From Corallochytrium limacisporum Hawaii (Eukaryota; Protista; Pluriformea), in the NCBI GenBank assembly GCA_002811645.1, contig PDIP01000098.1, positions 86,701-150,700 on the forward strand: a stretch of 64,000 nucleotides of DNA, read 5' to 3'. Made by a program: the position numbers and the translations under genes. Shown here in pieces: positions 10,661 to 20,385 of the stretch (position 1 is the first letter of the stretch; each line of letters starts with the position of its first letter). Under the pieces are notes generated by a model. The model was not told the origin of the DNA, did no database searches, and saw only the letters and a list, made by a program, of their open reading frames with translations.

Positions 10661-13600
10661 ATGGCGTCGTTGGCCAGCTTCAATTTCACCCCGATCTTGG
10701 GGTCTGGAGATGAAAGTGGTGCAACATGCAGTTTGCTTCAAGTGGATGACTGTAATATCTTATTAGATGCTGGCTGTGATGACCGTTTTGACGAAGCTCA
10801 ACTGCAGTACATAGTAGATGCGTTGAACGAAAAGGCGTTACAGATTCAGGGTGGACAGAAGTCAAAGCGGCGTAAAGGCACAGGTTTAGCGGCAACAAGA
10901 AAGACTCGTAAGGTAGATTCACCTCTAGTGCCAAAGCAAGAAGGTTCCGAAGACGGGGAGGCAGAAAACACTCAAGATGCGCAACTGAAGGAAGAGGACG
11001 AAGAGGAGGATGGTGTGGCAGAGTTCGAAAGCGAATCTGAAGATGACGAGGACGAAGCAGACGATGGATTGAAGGTGAGACTTCGTATTGATGCCATTGT
11101 GATTAGTCACTGTGATCTACAGCACCTTGGAGCGTTACCATTTTTAGTCGGGCGTGCGGATCTCAAATGCCCCATATATGCCACGCAACCAGTGTACTCC
11201 ATGGGTCAAATGTTTCTGACAGAAGCGTACTTATCACGACACGGACAGGAAGAATTTGGTGTATTTGATCTAAGTGACGTTGACGCCGCGTTCAATTTGT
11301 TCACACAGGTGAAATATAGCCAAAAGGTGTCTCTCGTGGGTAGCATTGGTGAGTTGGGTGTGGAGATAACCCCATATCCGGCGGCCCATTTGCTCGGAGG
11401 AAGCTTGTGGCGAATATCAAAGGACGTAGATGACATCATATATGCTGTGAATTTCAATCATCGCAAAGAACGGACACTAACTGGTACTGTCCTGGAATCA
11501 CAGACAAGACCCTCTTTGCTCATCGTCGACGCTGACGGTGTTGCCACAAAGTCAGGTGCTATTCCCAGACGACAACGTGACCAGTCGTTTGTCGAACGTA
11601 TCATCAAGACAAGCAACGCTGGAGGCAATGTACTTATTCCTACTGACTCGGCCGGTAGAATTCTCGAACTCAGTTATCTGATTGAGAGCATTTGGAAAAG
11701 CAAGGGCATCAACCAAATCCCGGTAGCTATTCTAAGTCACACGGCGCCGCAGGTGTTTCAGTTTGCAATGAGCTATCTCGAGTACATGAGTGAGGCCATC
11801 AATGAGCAATTCAGAAGTCAGAGAGAGAATCCATTTGAGTACAAGTACATTTACCAGTGCAAGTCGATGGAAGATTTGGCGCGCCTTCCGAAACCCATAG
11901 TGGTCTTCGCTGCTGGCGAATCATTGGAAGCCGGATTTGCTAGACAGCTGTTTGCGGAGTGGTGCCGTGACCCAAAAAACTGTATAATCTTCACCACTCA
12001 ACCGTCCCCACAGACCCTGGGTGGCAAACTTGTCGCTGAGCTCAACCTCGGAAACAAACTGAGCTCAAAGTTTGGGGACCGGAACCCTCTCGAGTTCTCC
12101 CTGAGTAGCAGACATTTCCTCGTTGGCAATGAGCTCACTGAATACGAGGAAGAGCAACAGCGGCTGGAGAAGAAACGCCGTCGTATGAGTGAATTGAAAA
12201 GCCAAGGGCTTGATCAAGACAAGGACGCAGGAGAAAAGCAGGGTGATGCTGTCGACTCAGCTCAGGATGCTCGTCAAAAGCAGGCCGCGAAGCGACGCCA
12301 GCAGCACGAAGAGTACATGCGTGAATACGGTCTTTTGGACACCAGTAGCAAAGCAAAGGACGCTAAAGACAAAGATAAGGATCGTCGCAAGTCCTTGCGT
12401 AGGTCACGGGCCAGTATGGCTACTGCTGCAGACGCACTTCTTGGGGAGAAGGCTGCCAAGGCAGGCAAAGAAACGCTGGCTTTGGAAGGGCTGGATGATG
12501 AAGATGAGGACGACAAACTTGCAGCAGAGCAATTGATTGCCGTTGAGGGTGAACAAGTGTTCGATGTTAAGGATGGCTTTGACATCTTCGTTGCGCCCCC
12601 GCTGCCAATCATGATGGATCTGGCCGAACGCGAGGAACTTGAGAATAGTGGACTGAGTACGGCTGAAATCGCAAAGGTTAAAAAGCAACAACAATTGCAT
12701 TCTCATGGCGAGATTGATGTTGTACCCACCGCATCAAAGCGTAAACAGCAGTTCTTCAAGGACGATCGCAACTTTGTGACCTTCCCGATTGTGGAGAACA
12801 AGTCTAAGTTCGATGAATATGGAGAAGTGACTGATCTGTCCCGTTTCAAAGTGAACATTGGTCTAGATGACGCCGGTCCCAATGCTCGAAGTGCTGGTCT
12901 TGGGGGTGTCAGCAGTGGTATCGGGGATGACAAGGCTTTGGAAAAAGCAGAGAAAGAGGACCTTCTTATGACAGCCGCGTCAACCAAGACACCGGTGGAA
13001 CGCTACCGCGTTATGTTAGCCGCGGAAGGACCCAGCCGCGTGATCAGCTACAAGGCATCCCTTGCCATCAAATGTCATGCTGACTATATTGACTTCAGCG
13101 GTCTCAGCGATGCCAAGAGCGTCAAGACTATCCTCAGCCATGTGGCGCCGAAGCGCATGATTGTGGCGCATGGCCCAGGAGGAGCAAGGGCAGAGCTGCG
13201 TGACTTTTGCCTGGCGCAGGGAATGGAATGCTACATTCCCATGAATCGTCAGGTGGTGCATGTTGCCAGTGATGTGAATGTGTACCAAATGAGGCTGGCC
13301 GACTCACTTGTCAGCTCTCTCCACTTTGCAAATGCCAGCCAGTATGAGCTCGCCTGGGTGGAAGGCACTCTCAATACTGACACTGAGGACGGCATCCCGT
13401 TGCTGGAGAAAGTCAAAGAGGAAGGTGCTGGGTCCACCAGTCTGCAGGGCAAGCACAAAGGTCTGTACATTGGTGAGTTGATGTTGAGTGAGTTCAAGAC
13501 CATCCTTACTAAGGCTGGCTTCCAGTGCCGATTCATTGGTGGGCAGCTGGTGTGTAACAAAACCATTGCTCTGACAAAGAACGAGAAGGGCAAAATCCTT

Positions 13601-13672
13601 ATCCAGGGACCAATTTCCCCGGAGTACTTTCAGATCCGTAAACTACTGTACTCCCAGTATGCTATCATCTAG
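10661..13672 (+). CDS. CPSF2: Cleavage and polyadenylation specificity factor subunit 2 (CPSF100)
   Basis: 1003 aa; inactive MBL/beta-CASP motifs (ILLDAG, ISHCDLQHLGALP, AHLLGGSLWRI, NHRKER, PTDSAGRILEL, IDFSGLSD) and C-terminal GPISPEYFQIRKLLYSQYAII. Confidence 0.95.
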   Translation: MASLASFNFTPILGSGDESGATCSLLQVDDCNILLDAGCDDRFDEAQLQYIVDALNEKALQIQGGQKSKRRKGTGLAATRKTRKVDSPLVPKQEGSEDGEAENTQDAQLKEEDEEEDGVAEFESESEDDEDEADDGLKVRLRIDAIVISHCDLQHLGALPFLVGRADLKCPIYATQPVYSMGQMFLTEAYLSRHGQEEFGVFDLSDVDAAFNLFTQVKYSQKVSLVGSIGELGVEITPYPAAHLLGGSLWRISKDVDDIIYAVNFNHRKERTLTGTVLESQTRPSLLIVDADGVATKSGAIPRRQRDQSFVERIIKTSNAGGNVLIPTDSAGRILELSYLIESIWKSKGINQIPVAILSHTAPQVFQFAMSYLEYMSEAINEQFRSQRENPFEYKYIYQCKSMEDLARLPKPIVVFAAGESLEAGFARQLFAEWCRDPKNCIIFTTQPSPQTLGGKLVAELNLGNKLSSKFGDRNPLEFSLSSRHFLVGNELTEYEEEQQRLEKKRRRMSELKSQGLDQDKDAGEKQGDAVDSAQDARQKQAAKRRQQHEEYMREYGLLDTSSKAKDAKDKDKDRRKSLRRSRASMATAADALLGEKAAKAGKETLALEGLDDEDEDDKLAAEQLIAVEGEQVFDVKDGFDIFVAPPLPIMMDLAEREELENSGLSTAEIAKVKKQQQLHSHGEIDVVPTASKRKQQFFKDDRNFVTFPIVENKSKFDEYGEVTDLSRFKVNIGLDDAGPNARSAGLGGVSSGIGDDKALEKAEKEDLLMTAASTKTPVERYRVMLAAEGPSRVISYKASLAIKCHADYIDFSGLSDAKSVKTILSHVAPKRMIVAHGPGGARAELRDFCLAQGMECYIPMNRQVVHVASDVNVYQMRLADSLVSSLHFANASQYELAWVEGTLNTDTEDGIPLLEKVKEEGAGSTSLQGKHKGLYIGELMLSEFKTILTKAGFQCRFIGGQLVCNKTIALTKNEKGKILIQGPISPEYFQIRKLLYSQYAII

Positions 13673-13760
13673 AACCAATACAGAACAGGTATACTAGTAC
13701 AATTTCACAATACTCTCTTGTTGATCAAATCTAAGTGGTGCTGCTTTGGTGGTCGATTCT

Positions 13761-15596
13761 TCAAGTTCCATAGCCGTCAACGTATAGCTTGGGTACGTAT
13801 CCTTGCTGGCCATCTGACTTCAGCACTGCGATCCAGTCTGGGTCAGAATCATCCACAATGGTCACCATTTCGTTCTCCGTTGCAGCAACCTCGCCCTGGG
13901 CTGTAGGTTCGAAGTTGTATAGCATGCAGCGCATATTGGCGGGCGTTTCTGCCTCTGGTGTGTCCGTGGGCGTCGATTGCTCAGTCGATCGCACGGGCAG
14001 GGGCGGGGCCACAGCTATGACGTGCGGCTCAGCGTAGCCGTGGCACACATCGCTGGTGGCTGACTGGAAACTTTCCCGCGAAACGTCTCCATCTCTTTGA
14101 CTGTCGCTGTGGCTGGAATCGTGGCTCAGATGAGACACGTCACGACCAACGCCTGTTCCGTTCACGTGTGTCACGTCCTTTATGGTCATGTAGTCCCCGG
14201 TTTGTTTCATATGGCTGATCTGCGAAGTAAGGCTATTGGTGGATCCAGTGACATCTCCGCGTGGGGTCGGAGCCATCAGACTACGCATGCTACCTTGTTT
14301 TTGGCGACGCTGGGTACGGAGATCTTTAGCCAGTTGTGTGTCGTGGCTCAGGTAGTGCACGAATAAATTGCCGTCGGCATCCTCCCTGATGTCCTCTGGG
14401 AACTTCATGTCAGATGGACCCAGAGTTGTCGGTTCGTTGTCTGCCACGCCAGTAATCTGATTGACTCGGTTCAAAGCATATTCCAACTTCCGCTTGACCG
14501 CCTTTGCTGATTGCAGCTTCAGCTGATTTTCCTCCTTCTGGAAGTGCAATGAATCGTTTCCACCCGTCGCCTTCGAGAACATGTTCTTATCCTGCGCCTT
14601 GGCAATTTTCAGCAGACCCTCCAGTACGTTCTCCTGTTTCCTGATCACGTCCTCAAAGTGTTGCAAACGCTGGTTTAGCGCGACCTGACGGCGTCCCTTG
14701 GCCATCCGTGTTCGCAAATCCTCTTCCCAAACAGTATATAAAATCTCAATGGGCCGCTTTGTGGATGTACCGACCTTGTCGCTAATATGGTCGAATTCCT
14801 TGCGGCTATCGAGGGACAGCACGATCTCACTGGCGGCTTTACAAGCCTGCAGGCGGCTAGGTTCGCTGCTTTCGTGGATCTCAATGTATGCAAATGCCCA
14901 TTGCTTCAGGTTACTGATAACCTCTTCGTAGATTTCTTGCACTGCCTCCAACACAGACTCCTCCTGCCGTTCATATCGCAAGCGCTCAATTTCACGATCA
15001 CCGCAAGCCTTTACATGCTCTGCATCTGCCTTCTTGTATTCCTTGTCCGCACGATCAATATCCTTTTGCATCTTCGCGAGTTCACGGTCTGTGTATGTGC
15101 GCTCTGTAGAGTTCTTCGCCCTGTGCAGTTCTTGATGGGCCTGTTCCAAGGTTGCTGCCGCATGATGGGCGTGCTCGCGGGAGCGCTTCTCCTTAATCCT
15201 GAACTTATGGTACGCTTCTGAAATCTTCTTGTGCTTGTCATACAGCTCCTTCAAGCGCTTCTTCAACGCCTTGTGTGTGGGAACCAAAATCTGATCACAC
15301 CGCGATACAACACTTTGTGCCACAGTCTGCCGAATCTCTGTATGAGTTTTGAGATGGTGAAAAATTCCCGCGTAGTACTGTGTCAAATACGTGTCAGATG
15401 GCAAATTCTTTGCGGCAAGCTCTCGCTGAGTCTCAATCATTCGTTTCATTTTCTCCGTATGCTTCTTTTCTTCATCCATGAGTGCTCTCACTCCCAGTTG
15501 GAAGGTCTTCATGACATCATCCTGGGCTTGCATAAATCCATGAAGTTTGTGAAACCCCATGTCGCCCCAAAAGGCGTCTGAAAAGTCCAACACCAT
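13761..15596 (-). CDS. NOSTRIN: NOSTRIN-like F-BAR + HR1 + SH3 protein
   Basis: F-BAR start (LDFSDAFWGDMGF), long coiled coil, WEEDLRTRMAKGRR and EENQLKL HR1-like segments, C-terminal SH3 (LYNF..DW..GYVPKLYV). Start placed at ATG 15596; ORF is open to ATG 15776. Confidence 0.75.
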   Translation of the reverse strand: MVLDFSDAFWGDMGFHKLHGFMQAQDDVMKTFQLGVRALMDEEKKHTEKMKRMIETQRELAAKNLPSDTYLTQYYAGIFHHLKTHTEIRQTVAQSVVSRCDQILVPTHKALKKRLKELYDKHKKISEAYHKFRIKEKRSREHAHHAAATLEQAHQELHRAKNSTERTYTDRELAKMQKDIDRADKEYKKADAEHVKACGDREIERLRYERQEESVLEAVQEIYEEVISNLKQWAFAYIEIHESSEPSRLQACKAASEIVLSLDSRKEFDHISDKVGTSTKRPIEILYTVWEEDLRTRMAKGRRQVALNQRLQHFEDVIRKQENVLEGLLKIAKAQDKNMFSKATGGNDSLHFQKEENQLKLQSAKAVKRKLEYALNRVNQITGVADNEPTTLGPSDMKFPEDIREDADGNLFVHYLSHDTQLAKDLRTQRRQKQGSMRSLMAPTPRGDVTGSTNSLTSQISHMKQTGDYMTIKDVTHVNGTGVGRDVSHLSHDSSHSDSQRDGDVSRESFQSATSDVCHGYAEPHVIAVAPPLPVRSTEQSTPTDTPEAETPANMRCMLYNFEPTAQGEVAATENEMVTIVDDSDPDWIAVLKSDGQQGYVPKLYVDGYGT

Positions 15597-15957
15597 CGTG
15601 CCACCTCCAACAAGAGCAGGGCTGTGGTTACTTTCCCTTTTTTGTGCTACATAATAGGGCTCAACCGGCTCACAATGGTCATAGCAATCGAACAGTCCAC
15701 AGCAAGACTGTGATCTTTTGTGTACCAGAAGAGGGAGTGATCTCTTCTGGACATTGTTCCTCCATGCTCTGGCCATGGTCTACAGAATGATCCGAAGTAG
15801 CGGCTCCAAGGACGAACAAGACACATTGTTCCAGTGCGCGTGTGCTTTCGAGGCCCACCTCGCCAATCACATTCTCACCGCTTCCGACCTTTCCGCTTGC
15901 GCTGACTTGGTGTTGGTAGCAGCCTTCCGTCCCTACACGACCAGCTCCCTACGAGCG

Positions 15958-15978
15958 CAGCAGCAGCAGCAGCAGCAG
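15958..15978. repeat. (CAG)7 microsatellite
   Basis: Seven tandem CAG upstream of the NOSTRIN-like gene. Confidence 0.9.
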
Positions 15979-16712
15979 CGAGAGCGCAGCAAATCGTCGT
16001 CCCGCCTTCGCCGCACTTCCCTTTTTTGGGCTTCTCATCTGGGGCTCTCCGTCGCGGGCGCGCGCGCCCAATGCTCTCGCTGGCCCCCCCCCCCTCCCCC
16101 CTTCCCCTTTCTTCCTCTTTTTCTTCCCTTCGCAGTGTCTTGCGTGCTTGCCCCACTATCCCTGCCACTGGCAGGTTACCCATGACGCAACGTTCGAACC
16201 CGGTCCCCTTCCGTGTGGGGTGGGATTCCGTTTGTGTGTGTTGCGGGAGGGTTGGTGGGGAGGCCCCACCGCTGCCGTGGTCTCCAGGGAAAAAAAAAAA
16301 ATTATCGGTGTGGTACCACCACAAGAAAAATAAAACAACACCCGTTGGCACCCAAGAACCAGAAGCCAGGCGAACCCCCCCCCCCCTCTCTTCACGAAAG
16401 GCAAAGGGAGAAGCGGAAGCGCGAAGGGGGGCCCATTTCTTTCCCGCCCCGCTTCCCCCTTTTCTTTTTTGCCCGTCCCTGGAAAAAGGGGGCGGGGGAG
16501 GCAATTTTAAGCCGGTGCTTCGTGCCCGGGTGACGACTGCTTGCGCGGGTGAGCTCGTCGCTGTGAGCACATTTTACCCGTGGTCGGTGGCTGATGGGCA
16601 GGACGGTTGGCTGAGAATGGTAGGTGGCTCAGCAGCATGAAGTATTGACATGTGGTGATCTATTGGTATTATGCAGTAAAACGCCTGAGGTGAAGTGGAT
16701 ATGGCAGTCACG

Positions 16713-19046
16713 TCATGCCGGACCCGCAGATGACTGTGACGGGGTTGACTCGCCAGAGCTTGGCGATGACGAGGAGAAGCGTAGAGGCTGTGAAAGGTCC
16801 AGGTACGGGTCTTTGACCAGTGTGCGCACATCAGGGCGATCTTCCTTCGAGTAGCGCAGGCAGCGTCGAAGGAAGTTCTTCGCGCCATCGCTGACCACTG
16901 GCGTTTCTGGGAATGTTACCTGTTTGGCGTTGATGATCGTGTTTTGATTCAGAATAGCCTGTTGGCTCATGTTGTGGCCAAACGGTTTGCGTCCGAAGAG
17001 ACATTGGTAAAAGATGACACCGACGCTCCAGACATCAACTTTTGAGTTAATCCGTGGAGTCTCCGAGAGCATGAAACACTCCGGTGGTAAGTACCAGTAG
17101 GTGCCTGCACCTTGCGACGTGAGTTCCATCTCACTTGCACCGACATCGACGTCCATGATCTTTGACAAGCCAAAGTCAGTTATCTTCACTTCGCCGTCAT
17201 TCAGCAAGATGTTACCGGGCTTAAGGTCGTAATGGATCACTGGTTGCGGCAAGTTGTTTAGATATGCTAATCCATTCATGACTTGCGTAATGATCAAGCG
17301 CGCCTCGGACTCGTCCAAGAATTTGTTCTGCTTGAGGTAAAAATCAAGATCGTTGCCAGGAATGTAGTCCAGCACGGTTGCAAAACTGTCTTGATCGATT
17401 TCAAACACGTCAAAGTGCCTGACAATTCTTGGATGCCTAAGGTTTTCATGGATCTGAAGCTCGCGACAGGCATGCTTGATGTAGTTGTTCTTCTTCCGTT
17501 CATTCCACGTAGAGTTCAACTGATGAATCTTGCAGGCCACAAACTGGTTCTTCTCCACGTCGAAAGCCTTGTACACCTCGCTAAATCCTCCCTTGCCGAG
17601 CAGATTCATCAGAAGGAACCTATTCTGCAACAGAGGGCAATGACTGAATCGTGACGAGTCTTCGTCCTTGATGCGCTTAATTTCGCGGATGTGTAGATTG
17701 CGCTGTCGTTCAAGATCCTCGAGTTCCTCTGTTACCTTTTGTTCTTCCGCATTCAGGCGCCGAATTCTCTGGTTTAAGATTTCCAGCTGCTCAAAGTATT
17801 CGATTCGGCTTAGGGGTCCGTTCTCGCCACCAGTTACTTGATCCGTGACAGTCTCGCTTGCATTTCCACCATATGCAGATGACATCCGATTCAGACTGCC
17901 CGGGTAGGACCGGGACACCGCAACAGGCGCAGGCACCGCAAATCCTTGCTCGTCCTTGTGTACGTACCGTGCCTTTAAAAGAACAAGTTCTTTTTCGATA
18001 TCTACTCGCTGTGTCTTTAGTTTCCGACGTCGGTCATGGTTGTCTGTAAACGCTAGTCCCTCTTCGTAGACTTCTACGAGTTCGGCACCCTGTCGGCGAA
18101 CAGTGACATTAACTAAACGAGGCCCAATGCGAGCGGCTTCTTCCCGGCTTAGTTTGCGGTCTGTTTGACATTGACTCCTCAATGCCTCACAAAGTTGCTT
18201 CTTCACAATCTGGCTGTGCGTTTTCTCCGCTTTGATTCGTGCCACATACATGTGTTCGGCCTCCTTCTTGGCGCTCAAGTCTTCACGCAAAGTCCGCATG
18301 GTCTCATCCATCTCATCCATGCTCAACATTGTACAGTCCGTCTGTACCACAGCAGATGTGTTTGTGTAGCTAGATTCTATCTGGACCCCACTCGTCGTGG
18401 CACCAGTAGCTTCTTCACCTGCAGTATCACCCTGATGCAAAGCGCGATTAACCGACGGTTTACGGATACGGGGTCGTTTGCTTGATGTCTTAAGTGCCGA
18501 AGATTGCCTGGGATGCAGGGAGGATCCGGAACCATTTGTGTCCTTGATACCAAAGTAGTCGTTGATTGTCTTTCCAGGAGACGGTTTGGTGACCTTTGGA
18601 GGCTGCTTCCGGGTGCCAGGTGACCGGCTGCGCTCCTCGATCAATGATGCATTTCTCTTCATAGATTTGGCTGTCCGGTCCTCAATGTCCTTGAACGGTC
18701 TTTTCTGTGGTTGGGAGGTAACCATTCCACCCACACTGTCCCGGCTAATTGTGTTGTGTGCGGACTCATTGCTGGCACTGAGCTCAATGACAGACTCTGG
18801 AGTGCGATCACGGGGTTGAGGCGGCTCACTTGCAGGGCCAAGGGGCTCCATTGGGCCCTGAGAGTGCATTCCGTATTGATCGATATCTTTGCTGCTTTTC
18901 TGACTTTCAGGGCTTGTGTCTTCGCCAGGACGTGCGGTCATGCGCATTAAGAGCAATTCCTGACGGCGCGAGTCAAGCTTGCTCAACAGCTCAGTTCCAT
19001 CCCCTGATCGGGTATCTAACGGCTTGGTTTTTAATGCAGCTGGCAT
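16713..19046 (-). CDS. TLK: Tousled-like serine/threonine kinase
   Basis: 777 aa; [10 protein letters not shown]-terminus, coiled coils, [52 protein letters not shown]. Confidence 0.96.
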   Translation of the reverse strand: MPAALKTKPLDTRSGDGTELLSKLDSRRQELLLMRMTARPGEDTSPESQKSSKDIDQYGMHSQGPMEPLGPASEPPQPRDRTPESVIELSASNESAHNTISRDSVGGMVTSQPQKRPFKDIEDRTAKSMKRNASLIEERSRSPGTRKQPPKVTKPSPGKTINDYFGIKDTNGSGSSLHPRQSSALKTSSKRPRIRKPSVNRALHQGDTAGEEATGATTSGVQIESSYTNTSAVVQTDCTMLSMDEMDETMRTLREDLSAKKEAEHMYVARIKAEKTHSQIVKKQLCEALRSQCQTDRKLSREEAARIGPRLVNVTVRRQGAELVEVYEEGLAFTDNHDRRRKLKTQRVDIEKELVLLKARYVHKDEQGFAVPAPVAVSRSYPGSLNRMSSAYGGNASETVTDQVTGGENGPLSRIEYFEQLEILNQRIRRLNAEEQKVTEELEDLERQRNLHIREIKRIKDEDSSRFSHCPLLQNRFLLMNLLGKGGFSEVYKAFDVEKNQFVACKIHQLNSTWNERKKNNYIKHACRELQIHENLRHPRIVRHFDVFEIDQDSFATVLDYIPGNDLDFYLKQNKFLDESEARLIITQVMNGLAYLNNLPQPVIHYDLKPGNILLNDGEVKITDFGLSKIMDVDVGASEMELTSQGAGTYWYLPPECFMLSETPRINSKVDVWSVGVIFYQCLFGRKPFGHNMSQQAILNQNTIINAKQVTFPETPVVSDGAKNFLRRCLRYSKEDRPDVRTLVKDPYLDLSQPLRFSSSSPSSGESTPSQSSAGPA

Positions 19047-19530
19047 GGCTTCCTTTTTCAGGGTTCCATCCGTGAGATACTTCTATTCTTTATTTTAGAG
19101 CACACTATTTTTTCGAGTCCCTGAAGCGCATCTCCCGACTACCTGTTTGCGATCTTGGGTGCCCAACACTCTTATAAAACACTAGCTATTTAAGAGACTG
19201 CTCTAGTTCAAACACTTGCGCATGCCATGTCTTCTCTTAAATACAACAGCCGGTGGTTAGCTCATGATGAAACTTTCCTGGGTTGTCCGAAAGCGAGGCC
19301 AATCACCAAGAAATCGCATCACCTTCCAGGTATCTCCCGCTCAAGTCTCTCGAGTTACCCGACCTAACTTGCGCTCAAACCTTTCGCGCCATCCAGGTAG
19401 GGTCGCCTCCTCGGTACTGAATGGATGGCTGTTTATGCAAAACGAAACGGCCTCAGGGGTTGAAAGAGAACCCTCCCGGTTAGAAAAAAACGGCCCGAGC
19501 GCGCAATTGCTAATCAGACTGTTTCGTGTC

Positions 19531-19555
19531 TTTTCTAATTAATAGGCCCCCAATT
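19531..19555 (-). promoter_or_regulatory. Upstream motif copy TTTTCTAATTAATAGGCCCCCAATT (+ strand)
   Basis: Exact TAGGCCCCCA core in the divergent TLK/Yae1 interval. Confidence 0.55.
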
Positions 19556-19746
19556 ACCCCCCCCCCCCCGGGGGGCCCCCGGGGGGGGGGTTGAGTCTAC
19601 CACGGGGACGGGTTTCACGGGGCGAGACGGATGGGACCGGAGTTGGTTTAATGGTAGGACCGGCTAGCAAGGGTGGTATGCTCCTCAGCGAACAGCCACC
19701 TACATCTGCACAATACCATTTAGCTACGAAAATGATTCTTCTAGTA

Positions 19747-19859
19747 GTAAGTGTCGGTGTGAATTTACTTTAATTTATGTTTATGGTGCCTTTTGAAAAA
19801 TTGTTCAGTGTTCTAAATTGCCGATGTATCCAAAATTTAAACATACCGAGAAAACTTAG
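19747..19859 (+). other. Candidate 5' intron of the Yae1-like gene
   Basis: GTAAGT at 19747, AT-rich body, TAG at 19857-19859, 9 nt before ATG 19869; alternative CAG ends at 19808. Confidence 0.4.
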
Positions 19860-19868
19860 GGACACACA

Positions 19869-20282
19869 ATGGACGACGTCTGGGACGATGATCATCTTGA
19901 CGATGAGTCAGTTTATCTTCGAAAAATGGCTGAACAGGAACAGAGAAGCCTAGAGAGAAGACATGCGAAGGCAGCTTTCGTTGATGGACGAGATCAGGGC
20001 CACGACGAAGGTTATCAAAAGAGCTACCAGAAGGGTTTCGAGGACGGGAAAGCTTACGCAAGCGCACTGGGACACATGTATGGAGCATTGAGTATAGCAG
20101 GCCTAAATGTGAAAAACGTGCCACCAGAGCTAGAGAAGGAAGCAAATGCTTTGAAACAGTCGATTGCGAACGCATACCAGGATCCTGTAGTGGATAGAGA
20201 GGATCAGAAAGCCCAGTGGAGAGACTTTGAGCAGAACTGCCATCGGGTCTGCGAGGCACTTTTGAATTGTGGTGAGAATTAA
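19869..20282 (+). CDS. YAE1: Yae1/Lto1-family protein (Fe-S maturation adaptor for ABCE1/Rli1)
   Basis: 137 aa; DDVW start and GX3-repeat motif (FVDGRDQGHDEGYQKSYQKGFEDG). Confidence 0.7.
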   Translation: MDDVWDDDHLDDESVYLRKMAEQEQRSLERRHAKAAFVDGRDQGHDEGYQKSYQKGFEDGKAYASALGHMYGALSIAGLNVKNVPPELEKEANALKQSIANAYQDPVVDREDQKAQWRDFEQNCHRVCEALLNCGEN

Positions 20283-20385
20283 ATTGTCGTGCTCTATGGC
20301 GATTACACTTTATCCATGAAACTACAAATTCTTGAGGTGACTAAAAGCTACCATAGCAATAGATTTTTCAATAAACTAAGGCCAC

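Noticed and set aside
10817-11081. CPSF2 insert as a retained intron
   Set aside because: Stop-free, purine-rich, encodes a coherent acidic tract and lacks a pyrimidine-rich acceptor
16424-16438. AAGGGGGGCCCATTT as another motif copy
   Set aside because: Mismatched, in low-quality sequence, and oriented away from the adjacent gene
15718-16640. ORFs of 150-230 aa between NOSTRIN and TLK
   Set aside because: Homopolymer-rich low-complexity DNA with no protein features
19557-19590. C13-G6-C5-G10 near-palindrome
   Set aside because: Made only of homopolymers and probably distorted by sequencing error; no function can be supported
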